A stretch of DNA of 48,767 bases from Chlamydiia bacterium (GTDB lineage Bacteria > Chlamydiota > Chlamydiia > Chlamydiales > SM23-39): the NCBI GenBank assembly GCA_016213175.1, contig JACRBF010000016.1, forward strand, positions 1 to 48,767, read 5' to 3'. The position numbers and the translations under genes were made by a program. The notes under the pieces were generated by a model that had not been told where the DNA came from, made no database searches, and was given only the letters and a program-made list of their open reading frames with translations. Shown here one piece after another: positions 35,245-44,268 of the stretch. Positions within the stretch are counted from its first letter, which is position 1. Every line of letters begins with the position of its first letter.

Positions 35245-35362
35245 ACCTCTTGCGTAACTAAGGGTTCGTTGATTTTCTTGGGTGCCTTTGAGGTGGAACG
35301 GGTATATAACCGCGATATTGCCCCCCAATTTTTGCATCGAAAATCGGCTCAAAAGAGGTCTA
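35242..35362. mobile_element. Family B element, copy B3, internally deleted and chimeric with a family A terminus
   Basis: TAGACCTCTTGCGTAACTAAGGGTTCGTTGATTTTC + TTGGGTGCCTTTGAGGTGGAACGGGTATA (family A end, 35271-35306) + ATATTGCCCCCCAATTTTTGCATCGAAAATCGGCTCAAAAGAGGTCTA. Confidence 0.85.
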
Positions 35363-35412
35363 ATTTTTTATGAGCCTGCTCCCTCAAATTCAACTGATGT
35401 GAGCCAACTGCC

Positions 35413-37032
35413 TCATGTGAGAATGTCCACAAACTGGTGATGGGGATTTTGCTTGATGCAGTATTGCTTTTCCCATTGATTGGTAAAGAGCATGATGGGG
35501 CGCTCTTTTCTATCTTGCGCTAGGAGGCATGAAGAGGTTTTGGAGAGGGTGTTCATATCTCCAAGCACCCAAGCACTGCACTGATAAGGGAGAGGTGTAA
35601 GGGTGGTTTCTGCGCCATATTCGTCTTTCAATCGATACTGCATGACTTCGAATTGGAGCTTGCCTACGGCTGCGAAAACGAGATCGCCTTCCTGTCCGTA
35701 GGTGTGGAGTAGTTGAATCGCTCCCTCGTTGGTCAGTTGCAAAACGCCCTTATCGAACGATTTTCTCTTCCCCACATCTTTAGGATAGAGCTTGGCAAAA
35801 ATCTCCGGTTGGAATTGGGGCAGGGGTTTGAATTGGAAGCCTCCCGTGATAGAAAGGGTATCGCCGATCGCAAAAAAGCCTGAATTGATGACGCCGATGA
35901 CGTCGCCTGGATAAGCATAGTCGAGGGTGGTTCTGCCTCCTGCCATCATACCGTGAGGACGGGAGAGGCGAGTCTCCTTACCAAGGCGTTGATTTTTGAC
36001 GATGAGATCCCTCTCAAAGCGACCAGAACAAATGCGGATAAAGGCCATGTTGTCCCTGTGGCGCCTATCCATGTTCGCCTGAAGTTTGAAGATATAGCCG
36101 CTAAAAGGCGTTTTAATCGGGTCGATCTCGATCTCAGTGCCGTCGAGACGGTTTGCAAGGCGTGCATGGGGAGCGGGAGCGAGGTGGATGAAGGCGTCAA
36201 AAAACGGTTCCACGCCAAAGTTAGTAAATGCGGAGGCGAAAAAAACGGGAGTCACATTTCCCTGTAAAAATTGATCTCGGTCGAATGCGTTGCCTGCTGA
36301 ATCCAGGAGTTCTAGTTCTTGTAATAGGGCCTCATACCCTTGCCCGATCCGTTCTCTGGACAGCGCGCTATTCAAAGGGGCGCGGGTCGTCTCGGCCATA
36401 CGCGCTCCTCCGATAGAGGTCTTTGTAAAAAAAATACATTCACCCGTTTGTCGGTCCATGACCCCTTGGAATTCTTTACCCATTCCGATCGGCCAATTCA
36501 AGGCGCATGATTGGATTTGTAAGACGTTTTCGACCTCATTCATTAATTCGAGAGGCTCTCTGCCGGGCAGATCCATTTTATTGATGAAAGTAAGAACGGG
36601 AATTTTTCGCAACCTGCATACCTCAAAGAGTTTGCGAGTCTGTTTTTCCACTCCCTTCGAAGCGTCGATGACCATGATGGCACAATCGGCTGCAGTGAGC
36701 GTACGGTAAGTGTCTTCAGAAAAGTCTTCGTGGCCTGGTGTATCGAGAACGTTGATGACAATCCCTTTATAGGAAAATTGCATGGCAGAGGAGGTGATTG
36801 AAATACCCCGTTCTTGCTCCATGGCCATCCAATCAGAGGCCGCAGCCTTGCGGTCTTTGCGCCCTTTGACCATGCCTGCTGTTTGGATCGCTCCGGAATA
36901 AAGGAGCAGCTTTTCGGTTAAAGTCGTTTTTCCAGCGTCGGGATGGCTAATGATAGCGAACGTTCGTCGTTTGGCAACAGCCTCTTCAAGGCTTTCTTCC
37001 ACTTGCATGGGGGCAGTATAGGAGATTGTCAA
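35413..37032 (-). CDS. prfC: Peptide chain release factor 3
   Basis: RRTFAIISHPDAGKTTLTEKLL, DTPGHEDF and FINKMD GTPase motifs. 539 aa. Confidence 0.95.
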   Translation of the reverse strand: MTISYTAPMQVEESLEEAVAKRRTFAIISHPDAGKTTLTEKLLLYSGAIQTAGMVKGRKDRKAAASDWMAMEQERGISITSSAMQFSYKGIVINVLDTPGHEDFSEDTYRTLTAADCAIMVIDASKGVEKQTRKLFEVCRLRKIPVLTFINKMDLPGREPLELMNEVENVLQIQSCALNWPIGMGKEFQGVMDRQTGECIFFTKTSIGGARMAETTRAPLNSALSRERIGQGYEALLQELELLDSAGNAFDRDQFLQGNVTPVFFASAFTNFGVEPFFDAFIHLAPAPHARLANRLDGTEIEIDPIKTPFSGYIFKLQANMDRRHRDNMAFIRICSGRFERDLIVKNQRLGKETRLSRPHGMMAGGRTTLDYAYPGDVIGVINSGFFAIGDTLSITGGFQFKPLPQFQPEIFAKLYPKDVGKRKSFDKGVLQLTNEGAIQLLHTYGQEGDLVFAAVGKLQFEVMQYRLKDEYGAETTLTPLPYQCSAWVLGDMNTLSKTSSCLLAQDRKERPIMLFTNQWEKQYCIKQNPHHQFVDILT

Positions 37033-37086
37033 TGCAAATTCAATAGTTTGCCAAAATAATGGGAAGCGATTATTAGGGGAAGTTCA

Positions 37087-37968
37087 GTGAGGTTCAGCAT
37101 GAGAGGGTGTCTGCAAAATAAGAGTGCGTCGATTTTCGATGCTGTGACGCGCTTCAATGTGAAGTTATTTATTGTGTTTGGTATAATACAGCCTGCCCAA
37201 GCGGATCTGGCCACTGCTAGACCTGCAGAGCAGATTCAGGTGCTGCCTGTTGCAAGAACCCCTGAATCAGACTCGGTTCTTTTAACCATTGCTGTTCCAA
37301 AAGCTGGCGATCAAATCGCTGCAAACCCAATGTGGGTGCAATTTAGAATCGATGGCTTTGCCCTTGGCGCTGGCTCGTCGCAGTTTGATCGGTCTAAGGA
37401 ACTGCCTGTCTCTGATATGGGGCAGACGGTGCATGTGGTCATTGATAATGAACCCTATTTTGCCATCAATGAACCGGCGATTAGCCCATTTAATGAGGAA
37501 GGGTATTTTTACAATACAAGTTACAAATTTGAACTGCCTGTAGAACTCAAAGAAGGAGTTCATACAATTCGGATGTTTCCCGCTAGATCCTATGGAGAGA
37601 GCTTGAAGGGCGAAAATACTCTCCACGCCATCCATTTTTCTCTCGGTTCTGCGGGATCAATGAAGCCTGTTGATTTGTCCAAACCTTATTTGACGTACAA
37701 TGAACCGAGCGAAACGACGCCGCTTCGATTGGGGCAGCCCATCCTCCTCGATTTTCTGGTGACCAATTGCGAACTGACCTCGGATGGCTACAAGGTGAGA
37801 CTGACCATCGATGGGAAGATAAATCGGATGCTCACAACCTGGCAACCCTATTATCTGTATGGCCTTTCCCGAGGCAAGCACAGTATCCGCATCGAACTCC
37901 TCAATCCGCAGGGTAATGTGGTAGGGGGCCCTTTCAATGATGTAGAAAGAACCATCATGGTTCGTTAA
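37087..37968 (+). CDS. Hypothetical secreted protein with two similar beta-rich modules
   Basis: N-terminal hydrophobic leader ending QPAQA. Two segments share the pattern ..IDG....H.IR.. (FRIDGFALG...GVHTIRMF and LTIDGKINR...GKHSIRIEL). No known family recognised. Confidence 0.55.
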   Translation: MRFSMRGCLQNKSASIFDAVTRFNVKLFIVFGIIQPAQADLATARPAEQIQVLPVARTPESDSVLLTIAVPKAGDQIAANPMWVQFRIDGFALGAGSSQFDRSKELPVSDMGQTVHVVIDNEPYFAINEPAISPFNEEGYFYNTSYKFELPVELKEGVHTIRMFPARSYGESLKGENTLHAIHFSLGSAGSMKPVDLSKPYLTYNEPSETTPLRLGQPILLDFLVTNCELTSDGYKVRLTIDGKINRMLTTWQPYYLYGLSRGKHSIRIELLNPQGNVVGGPFNDVERTIMVR

Positions 37969-40021
37969 AAAATTGCTTGAGTAGCTTTTCAAAACGCTCC
38001 ACAATTTCAGGGGTATCAGTTCTCAAAATACATCCCAGCGCAAAAAATTGAGGGGTTTGCAAAAAACACCGCGTCAAGTCGTAAGAATCAATTTCTAGCG
38101 CGCTGATTGCGTTTAATAGCGCTTCTTTATCTAGGTGGAGCGTGGACAGGACAAAATAGAGATTGAATGTCCCGGTCGTCTCGTAAAAAAAACGATAGGG
38201 AGCGATGGCGAGAGATTCAGCGTCCTGATTTTGCAGCAACATCATAAAGTGGGTTTTCAAGATTGCCGGATCGTGAATTGTCTGCATCGTTGCAGGACGA
38301 AGAGAATAGAAGTAATTTTCTAGAAGAAAGGCATCTGAATTCGATAGGGGGGAGAGCAGCTCGGCCAATTCTTCAAGAACCTCTTCTTGTTTGAGGATCA
38401 TGCCACCATTGAAGTCCCTAAATTCTCCCAGCATGAGGGAGAGCTCCGTCGCGATTTTTTGTCTTGCACGCAAGAGATCTACAGAGGAATCGGGTCTAAA
38501 AAAGGTGTTTTTCTCGATAGAGACATGGAGGACGGCCGATTCTTTGGCATACCTGCGCTTGAGTTGCCCGAGGATGCGAATATCATCGATTTTGATTTTC
38601 AAAGAGCCATTTTTGACGATTTGGTGAAGAGAAGGGGTTTCGGTGATTTTTGGGCGTACTATGAGCACTGTAAAGATGAGATCCGTCTCTGTTTGCCTTT
38701 CGTAATGGATGCTGACCTGGGTGAGATCGCGTATATGTTTAATCTCTTTGCTGAGGAGAATGAGCGTACGCAGCAGCTCCTCTTCATTGCGCGGCATGAA
38801 AGTAGGATGGATCGCGCTCTCGACCTGTCTGAGTAACTCCGCGGGAAGATTTTTTTTTAACTGTTTGAGCTCTTCGATCGAGCAACTCTCTCCGTCGGAT
38901 CTGGCTACTTCCACATACATAAAGAGAATATTGCCATGACGTAAATCGGATAAAAAGGAATCTTTCACAATGCGAACGGAGGAGAGACAGCTGTGTACTG
39001 CTGCGCTTAAATGTCTGAGTTCAAGACGTTCACTTTGCGACAGAAAATTCAAAACGACGAGGATCGATGCAGCCCGCATGTGTGTCTTTGTTCTCACAGG
39101 GCTGATTTTAAGGCTCAAATGCCGCTTTTGAGGCGCTGCTTTGATCCGTGCTTCAATGACCTTTTTAAATAGATAGTGGTAGGCAATGAGTCTGCTCAGG
39201 TTTTTTGAGGCTCTATTTGCGGCGAATTGATCGCTGATCAGGGTGGTAAATTGGGTCATTTCATAAAACACATCGCGATCGAACGTTTTGGGGCGCGTTT
39301 GCAGAAGGTGGGAGAGATTTTTCTTTACCTCATCGATTTTCTCTTCCGAAGAAGAGGCTGATAAGAGGGCGTGTGCTTGATCGTAGAGATTTTTATCTGT
39401 CTGATTGAATAGAGCTTCGAAATTTTCTTGGATCAGCAAGGTTTTATGGTTGCGTTGGTGGCTTCTCAGTGAGGTTACATAGCGTGCTTGGTAGACTGCC
39501 ATGATATTCATCCTCATTTGCCGAATCAGGGGAGGAAGATTTTTTCGGATCTCTTGCCTCTCCTCGTCACTCGTGATGCCAATAAATTGTTGATAGAGAA
39601 AAAATTTGATATTTGGTGCTGGAGAGAAGTAGCAATTCAGTCCGATTTCAGCCACAACAGAGATCTGTTTGCCGGGGATCAGCCATCTACTGAAAGTATC
39701 TTTGATGTACCTGCCAACTCCGTGTGTAAATTCTGCGGGGCAAAGGAGTGTGACTGGGATCGATCCCGCCGTCGGATCTATAGAAGCCGCCTCAATGATC
39801 GGCAGTTGTCTGAACAGGCGGTGCAATGTGGAGAGAATCTGTTCTGGAAACTGCGCTGCCTCTAACTCAGAGAGGATCGATTCTGGGAGCATTCCATCCA
39901 TAATATACTGTACCGTATCGAGAAAAGAGGGGGGATAGTCCCTAGGCAAACGATAGGTAGGTTGCACCTTGATTGAAAGGGGCAAGGCGACGTGAGAGAT
40001 GCAATCAGTTTGAAGTGTCAT
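37955..40021 (-). CDS. Hypothetical protein (688 aa)
   Basis: A long uninterrupted ORF co-directional with the two oppA genes and overlapping the upstream one by 17 nt. No motif recognised by eye. Confidence 0.6.
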   Translation of the reverse strand: MTLQTDCISHVALPLSIKVQPTYRLPRDYPPSFLDTVQYIMDGMLPESILSELEAAQFPEQILSTLHRLFRQLPIIEAASIDPTAGSIPVTLLCPAEFTHGVGRYIKDTFSRWLIPGKQISVVAEIGLNCYFSPAPNIKFFLYQQFIGITSDEERQEIRKNLPPLIRQMRMNIMAVYQARYVTSLRSHQRNHKTLLIQENFEALFNQTDKNLYDQAHALLSASSSEEKIDEVKKNLSHLLQTRPKTFDRDVFYEMTQFTTLISDQFAANRASKNLSRLIAYHYLFKKVIEARIKAAPQKRHLSLKISPVRTKTHMRAASILVVLNFLSQSERLELRHLSAAVHSCLSSVRIVKDSFLSDLRHGNILFMYVEVARSDGESCSIEELKQLKKNLPAELLRQVESAIHPTFMPRNEEELLRTLILLSKEIKHIRDLTQVSIHYERQTETDLIFTVLIVRPKITETPSLHQIVKNGSLKIKIDDIRILGQLKRRYAKESAVLHVSIEKNTFFRPDSSVDLLRARQKIATELSLMLGEFRDFNGGMILKQEEVLEELAELLSPLSNSDAFLLENYFYSLRPATMQTIHDPAILKTHFMMLLQNQDAESLAIAPYRFFYETTGTFNLYFVLSTLHLDKEALLNAISALEIDSYDLTRCFLQTPQFFALGCILRTDTPEIVERFEKLLKQFFNEP

Positions 40022-41636
40022 GGAGGGTATCTATGGGTATAAGTTTAGTGAATAGAAGATTGAATAAAGGAGAAAACTGTACGTTCGCAAAGGCAGGACT
40101 CATGAGAACGCCTTGCTGGAAATGGTAAATGGGCGTAAGCGGCATGTCGGCTGCCAGCAGCGCTTCAGCCTCTTCCAGCACCTTCAGCCGTAGCTCTGGG
40201 TCTGTTGTCATATCAGCCTTATTCAATAAGGCGATAAACTCAGGGTTTTCATAGCCCGGATAGTTTTTTTTGTTCTCTTTGTATTTAAACCGCTCGAGGA
40301 TGTTGTTCGGATCAGCGTATTGAGCTACTGCATTTTCAAGGCCGATGGAAAATTTTCTATTCATCAAGTTTTGCATGAACGATTTAAATTCCAACTCTTC
40401 GAGAGCAACCTCGATCCCAAGCACCTTTTTCCAATCGTGCTGGATTGCCTGGGCAATGCGGCGATAAAGATCTGAGCTTCTGTAGCTAAGGATTAAAGCC
40501 TGTGAGCAGGCAGAGAACTCCTCCAGAGAAATACCCAATTCTTCGAGCCCTTTGTTTAAATGGATTTGCGCTGCATGCGGATCATATTCAGGGATCAGTT
40601 TCCGATCTTTATTTCCCATGAGGACAGGGGGGATGATACGGGTTGCTGCAGGCTCCGAGAGCTGCGTAATGTTATGCGCAATTTGGGCCCGGTCGATTGC
40701 ATAGGCAAGAGCTGTGCGGATGTGGGCATTGTGAAAGGGATAGCAATCCACATTGAAAGAGCAGAAAAAAAGTCCCCCCACAGGAGTGAGGATGAGCTGG
40801 TTCGTTTTCTTCAAATGGGCCAAATCATCTAAAGAGAGGGGCATGATGATGGTCGAGATGTAATCCACTTCGTGATTTTCAAATAAGCGGAGCGCTGTTC
40901 TCTCATCTGGTGTGACGTTGATCCGGATGCCGTTGAGTTGAATCTCCTTTGCATTCCAATGGGAGGGATTTTTTTCTAAAATGAGCTCCTTGTTGCGAAC
41001 CCATCTTTTGATTTTGTAAGGGCCGCTAAATATGAGCTCCTGCGCCTCTGTTGATTCCCAATTAGGATTCTTGATGGCGATGTGTTTAGGGATAGGAAAA
41101 AAATTACAGAAAGTGACGAGAGAGAGGAAATAAGGAGTGGGATTTTGCAGCTCCACTTTTAGGGTGAGGTCATCCAGCGCCCAAATTCCCACATCGTTGG
41201 CAGAGACCTCTTTTTTTATGGCCCGTTCTGCGTTTTTGATCGGATAGAAGAGATAGGGGCAGGCAGCGCCGAACTTAGGATCTAAAGTGGTTTTCCAAGA
41301 ATACTCAAAATCGTGTGCAGTCAACGGGGCGCCATCGCTCCAGTAAGTTTTCTTAAGATGAAATAAGTAGGTGCGCCCATCGTCCGAGATTTCAATCGAT
41401 TGGGCAAGAGAGGGCTCCGCTTCTCCATTCGGGAGGATGCGTGTCAGCCCCTCATAGAGGAGAAAATTGAGGGTCGAAGACCAAGGATCTGCATTCCTGC
41501 GGGGATCGAGGGTCGCTGGATCGGTATTCATGCACATCCGCAGAGTTGTCTTGGGATTGTTGTGTGGGGAAGGGAGCTGTTTTTGGCAGGCTGACACTAC
41601 AAAGATCCATGCAAAGGCAAGCAATATATTCTTCAT
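40005..41636 (-). CDS. oppA: Oligopeptide/dipeptide ABC transporter substrate-binding lipoprotein (family 5)
   Basis: MKNILLAFAWIFVVSAC lipobox. TLRMCMNTDPATLDPRRNAD..STLNFLLYEGL and YWSDGAPLTAHDFEYSW are typical of SBP family 5. ATG 41636 was chosen over the tracked 41693. Confidence 0.85.
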   Translation of the reverse strand: MKNILLAFAWIFVVSACQKQLPSPHNNPKTTLRMCMNTDPATLDPRRNADPWSSTLNFLLYEGLTRILPNGEAEPSLAQSIEISDDGRTYLFHLKKTYWSDGAPLTAHDFEYSWKTTLDPKFGAACPYLFYPIKNAERAIKKEVSANDVGIWALDDLTLKVELQNPTPYFLSLVTFCNFFPIPKHIAIKNPNWESTEAQELIFSGPYKIKRWVRNKELILEKNPSHWNAKEIQLNGIRINVTPDERTALRLFENHEVDYISTIIMPLSLDDLAHLKKTNQLILTPVGGLFFCSFNVDCYPFHNAHIRTALAYAIDRAQIAHNITQLSEPAATRIIPPVLMGNKDRKLIPEYDPHAAQIHLNKGLEELGISLEEFSACSQALILSYRSSDLYRRIAQAIQHDWKKVLGIEVALEELEFKSFMQNLMNRKFSIGLENAVAQYADPNNILERFKYKENKKNYPGYENPEFIALLNKADMTTDPELRLKVLEEAEALLAADMPLTPIYHFQQGVLMSPAFANVQFSPLFNLLFTKLIPIDTLHDTSN

Positions 41637-41705
41637 AAAATTTTTCGTACAGGTTTTGGAGAAGCTTATCATACTATTAAGAATTCTTTGCAAGATTTTA
41701 ACGTG

Positions 41706-43265
41706 TCAACGACAGTCTCTTAGAGTGAAGCGCTCGAAGAGAACCCCGCCGCATGGGGTGGTTACGATCTGATCAATACGGGGATTAGAAAGGCTGGGAC
41801 TTGTCCAATGGTAAAGAGGTAAAATAGGGCATTCCGCAGCGAGAATCTCTTCAGCGCTTTCTAGAAGACTCATCCTATGAGTGGGGTCTTGGGTTTGAGA
41901 AGCTTTTTCTAAGAGGGTTGCATAAATTTCATTATGCCAGCCTGCGAAATTTTTCTGATTCGATGGGAGGCGGTAACGCTCTAAGATATTGATGGCATCA
42001 TGGAATTGGGCGATCCAAGAGGCAAGGGCGATGTGGTAATCCTTACGATGCAATTTATCCATGTGATTTTTCAGATCAAGCTGCTCGAGTTTTAAGGAGA
42101 TGCCGAGAGTCTCTTGCCATTGTCTTTGCAGCGCCTGCGCTAGAATCTTATCGACCTGATTGGATTTGTGGTAGAAAGTCAGCGTGGATAGTTCAGACAG
42201 GGGAATTTGAAGTTCTAGGAGCGCTTGCTGCAAAGAGGCCTTGGCCTCTTGGAGATTCGACTCTGGAAGAAGGGGAACGGATGTCTGCAAGAGCGCAGGG
42301 GGAAGGCACCGCTTGGCAGGGATTTGCCCGACGAGCGCCATTTCGGAAATCAGCTTGTTTTGGTCAATGGCAAGCGCAAAAGCTTTCCGTAGGTGAAAAT
42401 TATAAAAGGGAAATATTTGCGTATTGAAGGTGCAGAACGTAGAGGCTGCCATTGGAATGAAGCGGACGGCAAATCCATCCTGCAGGGAAGAGAGAGCGTC
42501 AAGAGGCAAGGGGCAAAGCGGAGCTCCCATCCAATCGATCTCCCCTTGTTCAAACATCTGTAAGGCCGTTGTCTCATTGGGGATGATGCTGATGTGGATG
42601 GCGTCCAAATGGTTCTCTTTCCGATTCCAAAATAGGCTATTTTTGACAAGTTGGATCTCCTGGTTAGGAACCAAACTACTGACTTGGAAGGGGCCATTGC
42701 AAATGGGCTTCAGGCTCGTCTCTTGCTCAAGATGGGCCGGGGCGGGAAGGTAAAGAGGGAATGCGGTCAAGGATAAAAAATAGGGTGTGGGGCGCTCCAG
42801 CTCGACGAGAAGGGCGCGTTCGTTCAGAGCCTGAATCTTGACCTCTTCAGGGGAAATTTCTCCCTTTGCGCATTGTTCCCCATGTTTAATCGGAAACAAG
42901 AGATAGGCGCAGGGGCATGAAAACGCTGGGTCGAGGATTTTTTTCCAAGAGTATTCAAAGTCATATGCCGTGACCGGTCGCCCGTCGCTCCAATAGGCCT
43001 CCCTTAGATAAAAAGTATAGAGTAGTCCATCCGCAGAGATTTCAACTCTTTCGGCGATCGCAGGTTCCACAGAGCCCCCAGGGGCGCAGCGCATCAGGCC
43101 ATCATAGAGCAGGCAGACGAGGGTAGAGGAGATAAAATCGCTCGTTTTACGAGGATCTAGGGTTGTAGGCGATGCGTTAAAGGCCAGGCGCAAGACCGCT
43201 TGCTTGGGTATAGGGGCATGGCACGCTGAAAGGAGAAATAGGAAGAGAAAAAAAAATCGGTGCAT
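41706..43265 (-). CDS. oppA: Oligopeptide/dipeptide ABC transporter substrate-binding lipoprotein, tandem paralog
   Basis: MHRFFFLFLFLLSAC lipobox. LRLAFNASPTTLDPRKTSD and YWSDGRPVTAYDFEYSWKKILDP. Collinear similarity to the downstream gene. Confidence 0.85.
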   Translation of the reverse strand: MHRFFFLFLFLLSACHAPIPKQAVLRLAFNASPTTLDPRKTSDFISSTLVCLLYDGLMRCAPGGSVEPAIAERVEISADGLLYTFYLREAYWSDGRPVTAYDFEYSWKKILDPAFSCPCAYLLFPIKHGEQCAKGEISPEEVKIQALNERALLVELERPTPYFLSLTAFPLYLPAPAHLEQETSLKPICNGPFQVSSLVPNQEIQLVKNSLFWNRKENHLDAIHISIIPNETTALQMFEQGEIDWMGAPLCPLPLDALSSLQDGFAVRFIPMAASTFCTFNTQIFPFYNFHLRKAFALAIDQNKLISEMALVGQIPAKRCLPPALLQTSVPLLPESNLQEAKASLQQALLELQIPLSELSTLTFYHKSNQVDKILAQALQRQWQETLGISLKLEQLDLKNHMDKLHRKDYHIALASWIAQFHDAINILERYRLPSNQKNFAGWHNEIYATLLEKASQTQDPTHRMSLLESAEEILAAECPILPLYHWTSPSLSNPRIDQIVTTPCGGVLFERFTLRDCR

Positions 43266-43392
43266 GGAGAGCCCTCCTCAAAGGAGCCTACAACTTTACC
43301 AATCCTTTATTTTTTTGTGCATTCGAGACTGATATCGGAAAAAGTTTGAGTATAAATCACTTGTCGTGGTAGAGTCGTCTTTTCTTAAATAC

Positions 43393-43465
43393 CGCGGGGT
43401 GGAGCAGTGGTTAGCTCGTTGGGCTCATAACCCAAAGGCCGTAGGTTCGAGTCCTACCCCCGCTA
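43393..43465 (+). tRNA. tRNA-fMet (initiator, anticodon CAT)
   Basis: Hand-folded cloverleaf: acceptor CGCGGGG/CCCCGCT with a 1:72 mismatch, D stem GAGC/GCTC, anticodon stem TTGGG/CCCAA with three G:C pairs next to loop CTCATAA, and T arm GTAGG-TTCGAGT-CCTAC. No encoded CCA. Confidence 0.85.
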
Positions 43466-43480
43466 ATTTCCCCTTTTTCT

Positions 43481-43554
43481 GGCGGTATAGCTCAGCTGGT
43501 TAGAGCAGCGGAATCATAATCCGCGTGTCCCTGGTTCAAATCCGGGTACCGTCA
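43481..43554 (+). tRNA. tRNA with anticodon CAT (elongator Met or lysidine-modified Ile2)
   Basis: Acceptor GGCGGTA/TACCGTC (one G-U), D stem GCTC/GAGC, anticodon arm GCGGA-ATCATAA-TCCGC, and T arm CCTGG-TTCAAAT-CCGGG. Met versus Ile2 cannot be decided by eye. Confidence 0.8.
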
Positions 43555-43869
43555 TCTTAGGAAGCTGTGTAATAGGGATGTGCACTCAATAAAAGAATTG
43601 AGTTATGCGAGACCAATCCTCAGCAGGCCCTCCCTTTTCAGATTTCTGTCCCTACTACAGCCCTCTTGCTTTACTGAAACGTTGTCTGCATAAAATTTTT
43701 GCCAGAGTCGAGGGATGTCTTGAGGGTTCGTGTTATAATTCTTTGAACAAATCGGTATAAAAACTGTAATGCATTGATTATAAGTGTATTTGGCTGCTTT
43801 TGTTAAACAAAACGATTTAATTTAAATAAATTGTTTGATAACATAAGTAAAAGAATAACTGGGCTGTTT

Positions 43870-44268
43870 ATGGTTTCTGATATTAATTCTTTGTCCGCAT
43901 CGTCTTCTGCTATTGCAGCACAAATCAGTGCCGAAGTGCAAGAAATTGATGAGTTGATCGATGCCTTGAAAAAAGGTGACGCGAATACGACGACGAAAAA
44001 ATTATCTGATCTGTTAATCGAGTATATTTTAGCCAAGATGTCTGGAAATTTAAAAGAAGCTCAAGATATTCAGAGTCAAATCTCTAGCTTGATTACAACC
44101 TATGGCAACGACATCAAGAATGCCGATGCGCTGGAAGCCAAGTTACAATCGATAGAAAATACGCCGAGCGATCAGACGGCAAGCGAACTGGAATATCTAC
44201 AAAATCTGGCAGCTACTTTAAAAGAAGACGTGGCTACAGGGAATATGAGTCATTTGTATACCGAATAG
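43870..44268 (+). CDS. Small acidic helical hypothetical protein (132 aa)
   Basis: MVSDINSLSASSSAIAAQIS... has a Ser-rich N-terminus, and the rest is E/D/K/L/I-rich. An AT-rich ~300-bp region lies upstream. The 3' end overlaps the waaA 3' end by 51 nt. Confidence 0.5.
   Translation: MVSDINSLSASSSAIAAQISAEVQEIDELIDALKKGDANTTTKKLSDLLIEYILAKMSGNLKEAQDIQSQISSLITTYGNDIKNADALEAKLQSIENTPSDQTASELEYLQNLAATLKEDVATGNMSHLYTE

Noticed and set aside
43266-43900. Integrase, prophage or genomic-island boundary at the tRNA genes
   Set aside because: No integrase-like ORF and no direct repeat of a tRNA 3' end is visible in the flanks. Only the compositional shift is noted as a finding.
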